Shown piece by piece: positions 15,459-25,720 of a stretch of DNA of 32,592 nt (within the stretch, counting starts at the first letter, position 1; every line of letters begins with the position of its first letter). The position numbers and the translations under genes were made by a program. The stretch is from NCBI GenBank assembly GCA_964447495.1, contig CAYUTF010000017.1:17904-50495 (forward strand). Reading direction: 5' to 3'. Origin of the DNA: an uncultured archaeon. GTDB lineage: Archaea; Asgardarchaeota; Lokiarchaeia; Sigyniarchaeales; SOKP01. A model generated the notes under the pieces. It made no database searches. It saw only the letters and a list, made by a program, of their open reading frames with translations, and had not been told where the DNA came from.

Positions 15459-17513
15459 ATGGTAAAAATACAAGATATTCAGATTAACATCGATTCGCAA
15501 AAACTAGCCCAAGGATATTACGTAAAATATATTCTGGAAACAAATGGCAACACAGAAGCAGAATCTTTAGGCGAAAAATTTATGCAACAATATGAAAAGT
15601 TACTTAAAAAGCACGAAGAGGAAGACATTTACGATCTCCATCGATATTATCGACTAATAACCGAATTTAAACCTGCTCTGTTGATGATTTTGAAACCAGG
15701 TAAGGAATTTGATATGATTTGCGATGTCGCTGTAAAGAATTTCAATGTAGCTTTAGATAGGATTAGAAAGCAAATTAAGCAAAATAAACTCACTCCAACA
15801 ATGAAGGGTCCTATTATGCCAGGGAGTAGCAAAACCATGAATTTAAAGTATCTATGTACAGTTTGTAAGCAGACTTTCGATATTCCAACTGAAACTAAAG
15901 AAAAATTGTTGAACAGCGATGAAAAACAAAAACTTCCAAAACACTGCGAAAAAGAAATGATTCTTAAAATAGTAAGGACTCAAGAAGACGTATCTATTGA
16001 TAAAACTAAAGAAATTGAGCCCGAACTCAAAATCTTTTCTGCTGAAGTGTTAATGAGTCATATAGATTCTGAAGAAGCAAAAACAGAATACTTAAAACTA
16101 TTAAGTGTCGGAATAGATGTTGGCTCCTCCACATGTCATCTTGTGTTCTCGGCCCTTACTCTGAAAAGGGAGTTGAGTTTTTTTAACATGTCAAATCGAT
16201 TTATTCTTAATGATCGAGAGATAATATATGAAGGGAATATCATAATCACTCCTTTAATTGATCGTAATACAATCGATATTGAGGCAGTTATAAAGTTTTT
16301 TAAAGAAGAATATGAGAAAGCAGGTATTACTCCTGACATGGTAGATACAGGTGCGGTAATTGTTACTGGTGAAACTGCTAAAAAGCAAAACGCGTTAGAG
16401 ATTGTAAGTCAACTTTCTTCCGAGTCTGGAAAATTTGTAAGCGCTTCAGCTGGTCCTAATTTTGAATCAGTTCTTGGAGCAATGGGAAGTGGCATCGTTG
16501 AATTGTCTAAACAGAAACAAAACACTATATTAAACGTGGATATCGGAGGAGGTACAAGTAATCTCGCAATTTCATCAAAAGGAGAGATACTTACTACCTC
16601 CTGTATCAACATTGGAGGTCGACTACTTGGAATAGACGATAATTTTAAGATCTGGAGAATTGATGCTCCAACTGAAATTGTTATGAATCAGTTGAACATG
16701 AATTATGAGATTGGTGATAAAATAACTAAAGATGATATTAGGAGGATAGCCCATGAATATGCAAAGTCTCTATTTGAGGTGATGAGAGGCCCAGCAACTA
16801 GTAACATTGCTATAGAATTAATGATGACTAATGATTTGGATTTCTCTATCCCAATCGATGAAGTATCTTTTTCGGGGGGAGTTGCAGAAATGATTTATGG
16901 TAAAACCTCTGAGACATATGAGGATATTGGTATATACATAGCCGAAGAAATCAAAAATCTAATAAAAGAATTTAATGTACCATTAATTGAACCTGAAAAT
17001 AAAATAAGGGCAACAGTGATCGGAGCTGGTGCATTTTCTCTCTCGGTATCTGGTTCTACTTCCTATTACGATGAAAATATTGATTTACCCATCTTAAATG
17101 TACCAGTAGTACCTGCTAATATAAATCCAAGAGAGCAAAATCTAAAAAGTAAAGTGAAACAAGCGCTAAAGAACTTTAATTTAACAGAAGGTGAAGACGT
17201 TTTTGCCTTATATTTCAAAGATTTAATAGCTCAAAATGATTTAGAGATGCTTGCTGAAGAAATCGAAAAAGCTCTTCCAAATTCAGTGGCAAATAAGAAA
17301 TTAATAATGATTATTCTTAGATATGATGGAGCAAAAATGTTTGGAATAACTATTAGAGATAACACTTCAATAAAACAAAACCTTTTTTGTTTAGATGAAT
17401 TAGAGTTAGAAGCTGGAGATTGGATTGACATAGGTGCTCCTCTCAAAGATGGAGTAGCATTCCCGGTCACGATTAAAAGCTTAGTATTTAATAAAGTTAG
17501 GAAAGATTTGTGA
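15459..17513 (+). CDS. eutA: EutA-family reactivating factor (actin-like ATPase) with ~210-aa N-terminal extension including a CxxC...HC Zn-binding motif
   Basis: LLSVGIDVGSST, TGAVIVTGETAKKQNA, AGPNFES, NVDIGGGTSN, FSGGVA, IRATVIGAG, GDWIDIG.P, PVTIKSLVF. Confidence 0.88.
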   Translation: MVKIQDIQINIDSQKLAQGYYVKYILETNGNTEAESLGEKFMQQYEKLLKKHEEEDIYDLHRYYRLITEFKPALLMILKPGKEFDMICDVAVKNFNVALDRIRKQIKQNKLTPTMKGPIMPGSSKTMNLKYLCTVCKQTFDIPTETKEKLLNSDEKQKLPKHCEKEMILKIVRTQEDVSIDKTKEIEPELKIFSAEVLMSHIDSEEAKTEYLKLLSVGIDVGSSTCHLVFSALTLKRELSFFNMSNRFILNDREIIYEGNIIITPLIDRNTIDIEAVIKFFKEEYEKAGITPDMVDTGAVIVTGETAKKQNALEIVSQLSSESGKFVSASAGPNFESVLGAMGSGIVELSKQKQNTILNVDIGGGTSNLAISSKGEILTTSCINIGGRLLGIDDNFKIWRIDAPTEIVMNQLNMNYEIGDKITKDDIRRIAHEYAKSLFEVMRGPATSNIAIELMMTNDLDFSIPIDEVSFSGGVAEMIYGKTSETYEDIGIYIAEEIKNLIKEFNVPLIEPENKIRATVIGAGAFSLSVSGSTSYYDENIDLPILNVPVVPANINPREQNLKSKVKQALKNFNLTEGEDVFALYFKDLIAQNDLEMLAEEIEKALPNSVANKKLIMIILRYDGAKMFGITIRDNTSIKQNLFCLDELELEAGDWIDIGAPLKDGVAFPVTIKSLVFNKVRKDL

Positions 17514-17569
17514 TTTTAATAAATTTCATATATTTATAGAAATAAAATTAAAAATAGTGAATACTAAAT

Positions 17570-18454
17570 ATGTCAAAAGCAAAAGTAAATCAAATAGAAA
17601 TTCAATACGAGACAATTGGGGATCCATCTTCAAAACCTTTGCTATTGATTGCTGGGTTAGGCAGTCAGTTGTTAGCTTGGTCAGATGAGATTTGCGAAAT
17701 GATTGCCGAAAATGGTTTCTATATCATCAGATTCGACAATCGAGATGTTGGGTTGTCAACGAAGTTTGATGATGCTGGGATTCCAGATATGATGGCGATA
17801 AGTGCTGCTTATACCCGTGGAGAAAAACCCAAGCTTCCTTATACATTAGACGATATGGCAGATGATGCTATTGGGTTATTAGATGCATTGAATATAGAAA
17901 GTGCGCATATATGTGGAGCTTCGATGGGGGGAATGATCGCACAAATAATAGCTTATAGACATCCGTCTCGAGTTCAGTCTCTAATAGTTATGATGAGTAC
18001 AACAGGAAATCCCGCTTTACCAGCAGCCAAGCCAGAAATAATGGCAAAGTTTTTCGCACCCGTACCTTCTAAACGTGAAGCCTATATCGAAGAGATGATT
18101 AAACGGGATAGTCTCATTTGTGGAGCTTTTGAATATGATGAAGTAGAAGGAAGAAGATATAGAACAGAAGAATACGATAGAAGTTATTATCCTGAGGGAA
18201 TAGTTCGTCAAATGGCAGCAATGGCAGTACCTGGTAATGTGAAGCCTTATATCTTTTCAATAACAGCACCAACTCTCGTGATCCATGGAAAAGAAGATCC
18301 TTTTAACTCTGTTGATGCTGCTAAAGAAATTGCCTCAACAATACCAGGTGCAGAATTGTTACTCATCGATGGAATGGCGCATAGTTTTCCTCGAAAGATC
18401 TTACAACAAATAATTGATGCTATTGTATCTCATTGTAGTAAATATAATAAATAA
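17570..18454 (+). CDS. Alpha/beta hydrolase (esterase family)
   Basis: FDNRDVGLS, GASMGG nucleophile elbow, HGKEDP, GMAH. Confidence 0.92.
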   Translation: MSKAKVNQIEIQYETIGDPSSKPLLLIAGLGSQLLAWSDEICEMIAENGFYIIRFDNRDVGLSTKFDDAGIPDMMAISAAYTRGEKPKLPYTLDDMADDAIGLLDALNIESAHICGASMGGMIAQIIAYRHPSRVQSLIVMMSTTGNPALPAAKPEIMAKFFAPVPSKREAYIEEMIKRDSLICGAFEYDEVEGRRYRTEEYDRSYYPEGIVRQMAAMAVPGNVKPYIFSITAPTLVIHGKEDPFNSVDAAKEIASTIPGAELLLIDGMAHSFPRKILQQIIDAIVSHCSKYNK

Positions 18455-18811
18455 TTAATCGGGAAAACAACGATGAATTTTAACTAATGCGTGCTTTAAG
18501 TATTGCTTCATATAAAATCGCTCACTTGTGCAGTATTCTAGTTTTTGGTCATTCGTTAGGTCATCGCAATGTTCTAAGACTTCATGGATATCACTGATAA
18601 GAGTTAAGTATTCTTTCTTTGCAATCTCGCATTCTTTTATTACTAGATCATGAACTAATTGAAGAGGTAGATTAGGCTCTGCTATTGAAACCTCTCCTTC
18701 TTCTAAATGAGATTGAGCTTCTATAGAATTTATCTCTTCAGGAAGATTATCTATTTCTGTTTTATTTGTAAAGCCTTTAGAAATGAAGAACCATCTCGGA
18801 GAAGATTCAAT
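18455..18811 (-). pseudogene. Start-less 118-codon open frame, probable 5'-truncated gene
   Basis: IESSPRWFFISKGF...LVKIHRCFPD*; bounded upstream by an in-frame TAA; the only ATG is near the C-terminus. Confidence 0.45.
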
Positions 18812-18858
18812 TTAATAAAATTAAGAGGATAATAGTATTTAAAAAGAAAGAGCCGTGA

Positions 18859-19050
18859 AGTTTAGTATATTTAGAAATTTACTTGAAGGAACGGATAAAT
18901 AAAGAAACGGATTCCAACGCATTATTTTCGTCCATTCAGAGAAAAAGATATGCGCTTCGCACCATAAATGATTATATAAGGAATTCTGTTATCCGTTTGG
19001 ATCTTGAAAAGTGGATTTCATGCCATTCTTTCAGAATAACTCTACACTGA
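18859..19050 (+). pseudogene. Tyrosine recombinase/integrase fragment
   Basis: LEIYLKER...NALFSSIQRKRYALRTINDYIR...LEKWISCHSFRIT: LF patch and HxxR box; flanked by in-frame stops. Confidence 0.75.
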
Positions 19051-19230
19051 AAGAACATTGAACTATGGTATAGTCCTGCACCCATTCGTTGAATTTCCCA
19101 TCAAAAAGCATTGTATATAACTTTAATAAAATCTATGACTTAAAAATTATTAATGAATTTTATTTATTTATTGCAAATTTTTATCTTATATTAGAAATTA
19201 CTTTAAAAAATCAAACTTGGGAAAATATTC

Positions 19231-19671
19231 ATGAGCTTTAGAATTAAAAGTAAAGAACAATTTGTCGAATTATGGACTAAGATTTATAACACCGAAAGTA
19301 AACCTGATTGGTCCCATATCCTCCCATATTATGACGATAAGATATATTTTCGCGATACTATTCAAGAAATTCGAGGTAAAAAAGAATTTAAAGCTATGAC
19401 TGAACGATTAGTTGAGCGATCTAAAGATTTAAGAATGAAAATTGTCAATATTCTTTTTGAAGGGAATATCATTTTTTTTGAATGGGAGATGGGGTTAAGT
19501 TTTAAGAAAACTCCTGATTCGAAGATATTCGGGGCAAGTCGTCTGATATTGAATGATAATGGAAAAATCATAGATCAAAGGGACTATTATGATCTCTGGG
19601 GTGATATTCTCGATAATATTCCAGGTTTAGGTAAAGGGTATCGAAAGTTTATGAGGAAAGTGTTCGGGTGA
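19231..19671 (+). CDS. NTF2/SnoaL-like fold protein
   Basis: YYDDKIYFRDTI..IRG, EW.M, GAS.L, GKIIDQRDYYD. Confidence 0.88.
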   Translation: MSFRIKSKEQFVELWTKIYNTESKPDWSHILPYYDDKIYFRDTIQEIRGKKEFKAMTERLVERSKDLRMKIVNILFEGNIIFFEWEMGLSFKKTPDSKIFGASRLILNDNGKIIDQRDYYDLWGDILDNIPGLGKGYRKFMRKVFG

Positions 19672-19677
19672 TTATCC

Positions 19678-20613
19678 TTGAATAGATACAAATACTTGGG
19701 ACAGTATAGGGTATCCAATATCATGGCAATGCTCCACAATAGCAATGCAGAGCCATTGGAATGCCAAGAAGATTTTAAAGGGCGTTTAGTTGCGATAACT
19801 GGAGCAACGTCTGGAATTGGATATTTCACTGCAAGAGAATATGCTTCACACGGAGCGAACCTGTTAGTGATAAACCGAAACAAGGAAAAAACCTTAAATC
19901 TATACGATGAAATCAAACGGGATTTTGGAGTTGAATGCAAATACAAGCTCGTAGATTTTGCTCACATTTCCGAGGTGAAGAAAGTTGGTAAAGAACTTGC
20001 AAATTCCGATCTGAATATCGATGTGTTCATTCATAACGCAGGTGTCTATTTGCCGGAGAGAACGCTCTCTGATGATGGTCTTGAGATGGTTTTCCAAGTA
20101 GACCATCTAAGCTCCTTTATCTTAAATTTCATTTTGAAGGATAAACTTAAAGCCCAGCAAAAATGCAGGATTATATTAGTGAACTCTGAGGGCCACCGCT
20201 TTGCCATCCTTGGTTTGAAATTAGATGATCTCACCTGGCAGAAGCGAAGTTATTCGGGACTCAAAAGCTATGGATCAGCAAAAACTGCCCAACTTCTTAC
20301 AATGATCAAATTTAATGATTACTTCCGAAATAGTGGCGTGACGATTAACGCAATGCATCCTGGCAATGTAAAAACCAACATGGGAGAAGAAAGTACTGGA
20401 TTATTCCAGAGGGTTTTCATCGAACCCTCTTACAGATCGCCAAGGATATCCGCTAAATCCTTATACTATCTTGGGGTTTCGAAGGATATTGAGGGTGTGA
20501 GTGGTAAGTTTTTCAACCTCACTTACGAAGAGGAGCCCGCACCTCCTGCCTCGGACCGAGTAGTCGCAGAAAAGATGTGGGATTTAAGTATAAAATTAGG
20601 CAGGTTAGCATGA
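19678..20613 (+). CDS. SDR oxidoreductase, retinol-dehydrogenase/WWOX-like subgroup
   Basis: TGATSGIG, HNAG, DGLEMVFQVDHL, YGSAK, HPG.V.T; start codon uncertain. Confidence 0.88.
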   Translation: MNRYKYLGQYRVSNIMAMLHNSNAEPLECQEDFKGRLVAITGATSGIGYFTAREYASHGANLLVINRNKEKTLNLYDEIKRDFGVECKYKLVDFAHISEVKKVGKELANSDLNIDVFIHNAGVYLPERTLSDDGLEMVFQVDHLSSFILNFILKDKLKAQQKCRIILVNSEGHRFAILGLKLDDLTWQKRSYSGLKSYGSAKTAQLLTMIKFNDYFRNSGVTINAMHPGNVKTNMGEESTGLFQRVFIEPSYRSPRISAKSLYYLGVSKDIEGVSGKFFNLTYEEEPAPPASDRVVAEKMWDLSIKLGRLA

Positions 20614-22211
20614 CGACTAGAACTCATGAAGTTATCATTGTAGGAGCGGGGATGGCGGGTTTAACCGCTGCGGCTTATTTATCAAGGGCGGGACATGATG
20701 TTCTTTTAATTGAAAAGAACAAAAATTGTGGTGGCTTGCTAAGTTCAATCCAAAAAGATGATTTTGTTTTTGATACTGGTCCGAGGTCCATTGAAAATTC
20801 AGGAGCCGTGCGACCCTTATTAAAAGATCTTGGAATTTCACTTGAACTACTTAAAAGTCCGGTTTCGATTGGTATTGAGAATGAAATTTTACACTTCACG
20901 TCAGAGGAAAGTATATATGAATATCAGTCTCTATTAGAAAAGCTGTATCCCAATAATAAAGAGGACATTGCCGCAATTTTCTTGTTAATCGAAAAAATCC
21001 TGAAAGACATGGCCATTCTAAATGAGATTGATAATCCTATTTTCAGAGACATTAAAAAAGAGATAGGTTATCTTTTTAAGGAACTTCTTCCCTATTTAGG
21101 CAAGTTCCTTCTTACTATTCGCCGGATAAATCGAAGGAAGGATCCGGTTGAAGATACTCTAAAAAAAATGACTTCAAACCAATCACTTATCAATATTATG
21201 ACACAACATTTCTTCAGGAGCACGCCTACTTTTTTTGCCTTAGGATATTTTCACACTTACCTTGATTATTTTTATCCAAAGGGGGGTACAGGTAAAATTC
21301 CAGAAGCTCTCATGCAAAAGATCATTGATTGGGGAGGGGCAATTTTATATGGTACAGAAATACACGAAGTCATTCCTGCTGAAAGCAAGCTAACTGATAT
21401 TGAAGGTAACACGTTTTCCTATGAAAAGCTTGTTTGGTGCGCGGATTTGAAATCTTTATATCGATTTCTTAAATTGCGTGATTTAGAGGAAAAAGTTTCT
21501 CGCAAGATATCAATTCAAAAAGAGAAATTTCTATTGAGTCGAGGCGGAGATTCAGTCTTTACTATATTCCTAGGGATAGATGAACCTCTCGACAAATTTC
21601 AATCGATTTCGAACGGTCATTTTTTTTATACTCCATCAAAAAAAGGTTTAAGAGAATCAACTTGGAGTACATTAAATACAATTATTAAGAATTTCGAAAC
21701 AACTCCCAAAGAAGCCATTATGCAGTGGTTAGACGAGTATTGCCAACTGAATACATATGAGATTTCCATTCCAGAGCTTAGAGATCCCACCTTAGCTCCA
21801 AAAGGAAAGACTGGATTAATAGTGAGCATTCTCTTTGAATATGATCTCATGAAAAAGGTCCAAGAGGGAGGATGGTATGAAGATTTCAAAATAGAAGTCG
21901 AGAATCGCATGATAGAGGTTTTATCAAAATCCGTATACCCAAAAATCAAAGATAAGATTCTCTTTCGTTTCTCTTTAACACCCGTCAGCATTTCAAACAG
22001 AGTAGGAAGCTCTGAAGGAGCAATAACAGGTTGGACGTTTGAGAATCCCATTCCTGTGGTTCAAGATATTCTTAAAATGACTAAATCTGTGAAAACTCCT
22101 ATTCCAAATATACTCCAAGCTGGTCAATGGGTATATAGTCCTTCTGGAATACCCATTGCGATTCTTACAGGATTGGCAGCTGCCAAGAAATTAATGAAAG
22201 GTAAAAAATGA
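20610..22211 (+). CDS. Phytoene desaturase/retinol saturase-like FAD-dependent oxidoreductase
   Basis: VGAGMAGL, EK...GG, FDTGP, YPKGG, DPTLAPKGK, TP..N+.QAGQW..SPSG; ATGA overlap with the SDR stop. Confidence 0.88.
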   Translation: MTTRTHEVIIVGAGMAGLTAAAYLSRAGHDVLLIEKNKNCGGLLSSIQKDDFVFDTGPRSIENSGAVRPLLKDLGISLELLKSPVSIGIENEILHFTSEESIYEYQSLLEKLYPNNKEDIAAIFLLIEKILKDMAILNEIDNPIFRDIKKEIGYLFKELLPYLGKFLLTIRRINRRKDPVEDTLKKMTSNQSLINIMTQHFFRSTPTFFALGYFHTYLDYFYPKGGTGKIPEALMQKIIDWGGAILYGTEIHEVIPAESKLTDIEGNTFSYEKLVWCADLKSLYRFLKLRDLEEKVSRKISIQKEKFLLSRGGDSVFTIFLGIDEPLDKFQSISNGHFFYTPSKKGLRESTWSTLNTIIKNFETTPKEAIMQWLDEYCQLNTYEISIPELRDPTLAPKGKTGLIVSILFEYDLMKKVQEGGWYEDFKIEVENRMIEVLSKSVYPKIKDKILFRFSLTPVSISNRVGSSEGAITGWTFENPIPVVQDILKMTKSVKTPIPNILQAGQWVYSPSGIPIAILTGLAAAKKLMKGKK

Positions 22212-22226
22212 GTTTTTTACCCAAAC

Positions 22227-23240
22227 TTATCGGAAGAGTAGTATTAGTAAAAATACAATTGTACTGATAAGTCCTACGTAAGAAATTAAGATCATTCTAT
22301 AAATGGGTTTTTTTATATCATCACCCGACATGGCTTTAAATCCAGTTCTGCTAAGGAAAGACTTTATTTGAAGATCTAAGTCCTTTTGATTTTTAACCGC
22401 ATACTTTTCCAGGTCTTGCTTAATAATGAAGTGCTGACTATAAGGAAAGATAAGAGCATTAACTGGCTTAACAGGATCAATAATATTACCCAGATAGGAG
22501 TTTGACTTGATTGAAACATTTTCTAAAGGTATGTTTACCGCTTCTTTCACCATATCTGCATCAAAAATCAGGCTGAAAGGCTCTGAAAAATCACTTTTTA
22601 GCTCGCCACCATAATCGACAATAAGATTTCCTTCAATCCAGAGAGATTCGTCCAATTCCCTTGAATTACCTTTTTCTAAGTCAACCGATACAATGAATTC
22701 TTTATTGTTGGTGCGATTCTTAATATCAACCAGTAACTCCCCAAAGTATGTGGTTGTATACACGGCTGGATCACAAGTGTACCCACAAAATCCATTTTTT
22801 GGGTCATAGCTGTTAGTATTCGTTTCATAATCACAAATGATCCAAGATAACATCCCGGTTTCTTTATTGCGAGCAATAATATAAAACTCGAGTCTCATGC
22901 CTATAAATCCTGATGTTCGAGCGGTAAATACGCTTGCAATTGCCATGGGAAACTTTGCATCGTTCTTAAAGAATGAGGCTTCTGCTAATTCATATCCATC
23001 GGGGAGCATCTCTTGCGCTGCTGAAGTATTTGTTATCTTAAAAGATAGAAATAAACCATAGGGATCTACTATGAATCCCATATAAGGAACTTTTTTCTTG
23101 CCGCTCTCTGTAAATTTATGTTGTGTTTTTTTAGGAAGAGATTTACTGAAACTGCTCAAAAAACTAATGGCAGTTACATCTTGAGGTTTTACAAGAGATT
23201 CTGTCTTTTTTATAAATTTCTTGTTTTCTTCTTGGTTCAT
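22227..23240 (-). CDS. Hypothetical protein (acetoacetate-decarboxylase-like fold?) with C-terminal TM; paralog of 23276-24289
   Basis: PYMGFIVDPY, LPDGYEL, RLEFYIIA..KETG.LSWI, FPYSQHF. Confidence 0.6.
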   Translation of the reverse strand: MNQEENKKFIKKTESLVKPQDVTAISFLSSFSKSLPKKTQHKFTESGKKKVPYMGFIVDPYGLFLSFKITNTSAAQEMLPDGYELAEASFFKNDAKFPMAIASVFTARTSGFIGMRLEFYIIARNKETGMLSWIICDYETNTNSYDPKNGFCGYTCDPAVYTTTYFGELLVDIKNRTNNKEFIVSVDLEKGNSRELDESLWIEGNLIVDYGGELKSDFSEPFSLIFDADMVKEAVNIPLENVSIKSNSYLGNIIDPVKPVNALIFPYSQHFIIKQDLEKYAVKNQKDLDLQIKSFLSRTGFKAMSGDDIKKPIYRMILISYVGLISTIVFLLILLFR

Positions 23241-23275
23241 TTATATAACCTTTGTATTTTTTTTTTAATCCATCT

Positions 23276-24289
23276 TCATAGATTGATTATCAATATAATA
23301 ATTAGGGAAATAAAGATTACCATAAATAAAGATATTCCAAATAATAACATTCTCTTTATACCTCTAGTTGAAAATGTTTGAATTTCTTCCATATCTGCAA
23401 TTTTATTATAATTTTCGATCATGTCATTGATATCTTTGATATAGGTGCGACGGCCTGGACTGTCGGCAATATAGTGCTGAGCGAAGGGGAAACATAATGC
23501 CTTGCATAGTTCCGGCTCTGCTAAATCCGGAAAAAGTGTATTATACTTTAAGTGAATATCCTCAATAGGAATGTCTAAAGCCTTTTCAACTTCAGCAGGA
23601 TCAAATATTACAGCAAGTGTATCATCATTTTTATTATCTGAAAATTTTTTACTGTGACCGATAGATGAATTTCCCATTACCCAAAGGGGTTGATCAAGAC
23701 TACGCATTTTTCCATTGGTAATATTACCCGTTAAGATTATCTGTCGGTCAGTTTTGTCTTCTTTAAAATCCAGTAGTATATCTCCCTTTGAGCTAGTCGT
23801 ATATATCGCATTTTTACTGTTTCTATCTGCAACTCCTACTGAAGGGAGTGCAATTATTGTATTGCTCAGAATATCGATAAAAATCCAGGATATAAGACCA
23901 GTTTCTTTATCTTCTGCAATGAGATATGTTTCTAGTCTAGAACCCCAAAAAGTACTTGCTCGGGTATTGAAAACCCCCATTCCCAGATAATGTTCTGGTT
24001 CTTCATCAGCAAAAATTCTAGATTTTTTCAACTCATAACGTTCCGGCAATAATGATTTTGCCTTCTCGATATTTTTAAGCTTAAAGAATAAAAACAGACA
24101 ATAAGGTTCAATTACAAAACCCATGTAGGGAGTCTTTTTTGAAGTTTTAATTAATAGTTTTTTAAAAAGGGAGCGAGGTAATAGCTTTTTGAATGTTTGG
24201 AAGAAATATAAATGGCTAACTTCCTTTGGATCAATTAAGTTTTCCACATTTCTGATAAATTTTTCATCATCTAAAATTTTCATATTCAA
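23276..24289 (-). CDS. Hypothetical protein (acetoacetate-decarboxylase-like fold?) with C-terminal TM; paralog of 22227-23240
   Basis: PYMGFVIEPY, LPERYEL, RLETYLIA..KETG.ISWI, FPFAQHY. Confidence 0.6.
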   Translation of the reverse strand: MNMKILDDEKFIRNVENLIDPKEVSHLYFFQTFKKLLPRSLFKKLLIKTSKKTPYMGFVIEPYCLFLFFKLKNIEKAKSLLPERYELKKSRIFADEEPEHYLGMGVFNTRASTFWGSRLETYLIAEDKETGLISWIFIDILSNTIIALPSVGVADRNSKNAIYTTSSKGDILLDFKEDKTDRQIILTGNITNGKMRSLDQPLWVMGNSSIGHSKKFSDNKNDDTLAVIFDPAEVEKALDIPIEDIHLKYNTLFPDLAEPELCKALCFPFAQHYIADSPGRRTYIKDINDMIENYNKIADMEEIQTFSTRGIKRMLLFGISLFMVIFISLIIILIINL

Positions 24290-24595
24290 AAATAGAAATA
24301 ATTCCCTATATTAAAGTGCGTCTCTAATAAATCATTAATGTTAATCAAAGACATATAAATTGTCAAAACTGGAAAATTGTAGAGTATCAAGAAATTAAAA
24401 ACCAATTATAATTGATCTTTTTGCAGAGGAATTTAGTATTTAGACATGTGAATCTATTCCAGCATCTCAAACATAACTTTCATTAATTCTAACTTTTATA
24501 GACAAAAAAGTCCTGAGTTCTGTGAAAAATTAACTCGAAACTCGAGATATCTCTGAAAATTTTAAACCAATCTATATTTCACTCTACACTGTAAG

Positions 24596-25720
24596 TTATT
24601 CTGGGCAATTATTCTGGACAAACTCTTCTAATCCTTCTAAGATAGATTTTGTACCAACCGTATTATATACTTCGTTTAAATCCTCACGCGAGACAGTTTT
24701 TTCTTTTTTAGCGGAGAGATAACATAATAAAACATCATAAATAGCTTCTCTTGCTTGTTCAGGAGAAAATTTAGGAATAGTATCATTAATAATACAATCA
24801 GTAAAATGGGAATCTTCATTTCTCATAGACAACTCATAATAAAGAGGGAATGGTCCATGCTCAATTTTTGGTACATACCACTTTTTTGCATTTTTCCCCA
24901 TTTGCTCGTTTTTAGAGAAGATCTTAATTGGATTTATTAACTCATGACTCTCAATAATTGTACCTTCTGTTCCATATAATTCTAAACTATTATTAAAGGG
25001 AGATACTACAGAAAAACTAACTGTTATATCGGCAATTGTCCCATTTTTGTATTTAATGAGCGCCATGGCATTATCTTCTGCTTTTTCTTCTAAATTAGTG
25101 CATTGTTTTGTTATCCAACTATAAGCAGATTCGATTGTATCGTTTAGAATCCAATTAAGAGTGGCAAATTTATGAGCTCCCATGTCAATCAATGCACCTC
25201 CTCCCGCTAATATAGGGTGTCCTTTCCAAAATCCCTCTCTCATTAACCCTTTTATTTCATTCACTCCTTCGTAAGCGCGTACTAAAAAAACTTTTCCTAT
25301 TAATCCAGTTTGTATTGCTTCCATAATATATTTATGTGCGGGTAAGAATCTGTGATTCTCAGCAATCATAAATTTAACTCCTGCTTTTTTTGTCGCTTTA
25401 ATCATTGCATCACACCCTTCTAGGGTCGTAGCCATCGGTTTTTCACATAATACATGCTTTCCCGCTTCTGCGGCAGCTATAACATATTTTTCATGGAGAT
25501 AGTGGGGTGTCATTACTATAACGGCATCAATATCACTCTTAAGAAATGTGTTTAAATCAGAATAATAGTTCATATTTCCAGCTTTAGCGACTTTTTTCCC
25601 ATTTTTCTCATTAATATCAAATAATGATTTGATTTTCATTTTAGGAATATTTCTTATCCCAAATTGATGGTATTTCCAAACGACTCCACTCCCAATAAGT
25701 CCATATTTAACAAATTCCAT
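24596..25720 (-). CDS. Gfo/Idh/MocA family oxidoreductase
   Basis: GLIGSG, TPHYLH, GKHVLCEKPMA, GGGALIDMGAH. Confidence 0.93.
   Translation of the reverse strand: MEFVKYGLIGSGVVWKYHQFGIRNIPKMKIKSLFDINEKNGKKVAKAGNMNYYSDLNTFLKSDIDAVIVMTPHYLHEKYVIAAAEAGKHVLCEKPMATTLEGCDAMIKATKKAGVKFMIAENHRFLPAHKYIMEAIQTGLIGKVFLVRAYEGVNEIKGLMREGFWKGHPILAGGGALIDMGAHKFATLNWILNDTIESAYSWITKQCTNLEEKAEDNAMALIKYKNGTIADITVSFSVVSPFNNSLELYGTEGTIIESHELINPIKIFSKNEQMGKNAKKWYVPKIEHGPFPLYYELSMRNEDSHFTDCIINDTIPKFSPEQAREAIYDVLLCYLSAKKEKTVSREDLNEVYNTVGTKSILEGLEEFVQNNCPE

Noticed and set aside
20577-20609. GTG start extension of the desaturase-like gene
   Set aside because: The ATG at 20610 overlaps the upstream stop (ATGA) and directly precedes the FAD-binding motif.
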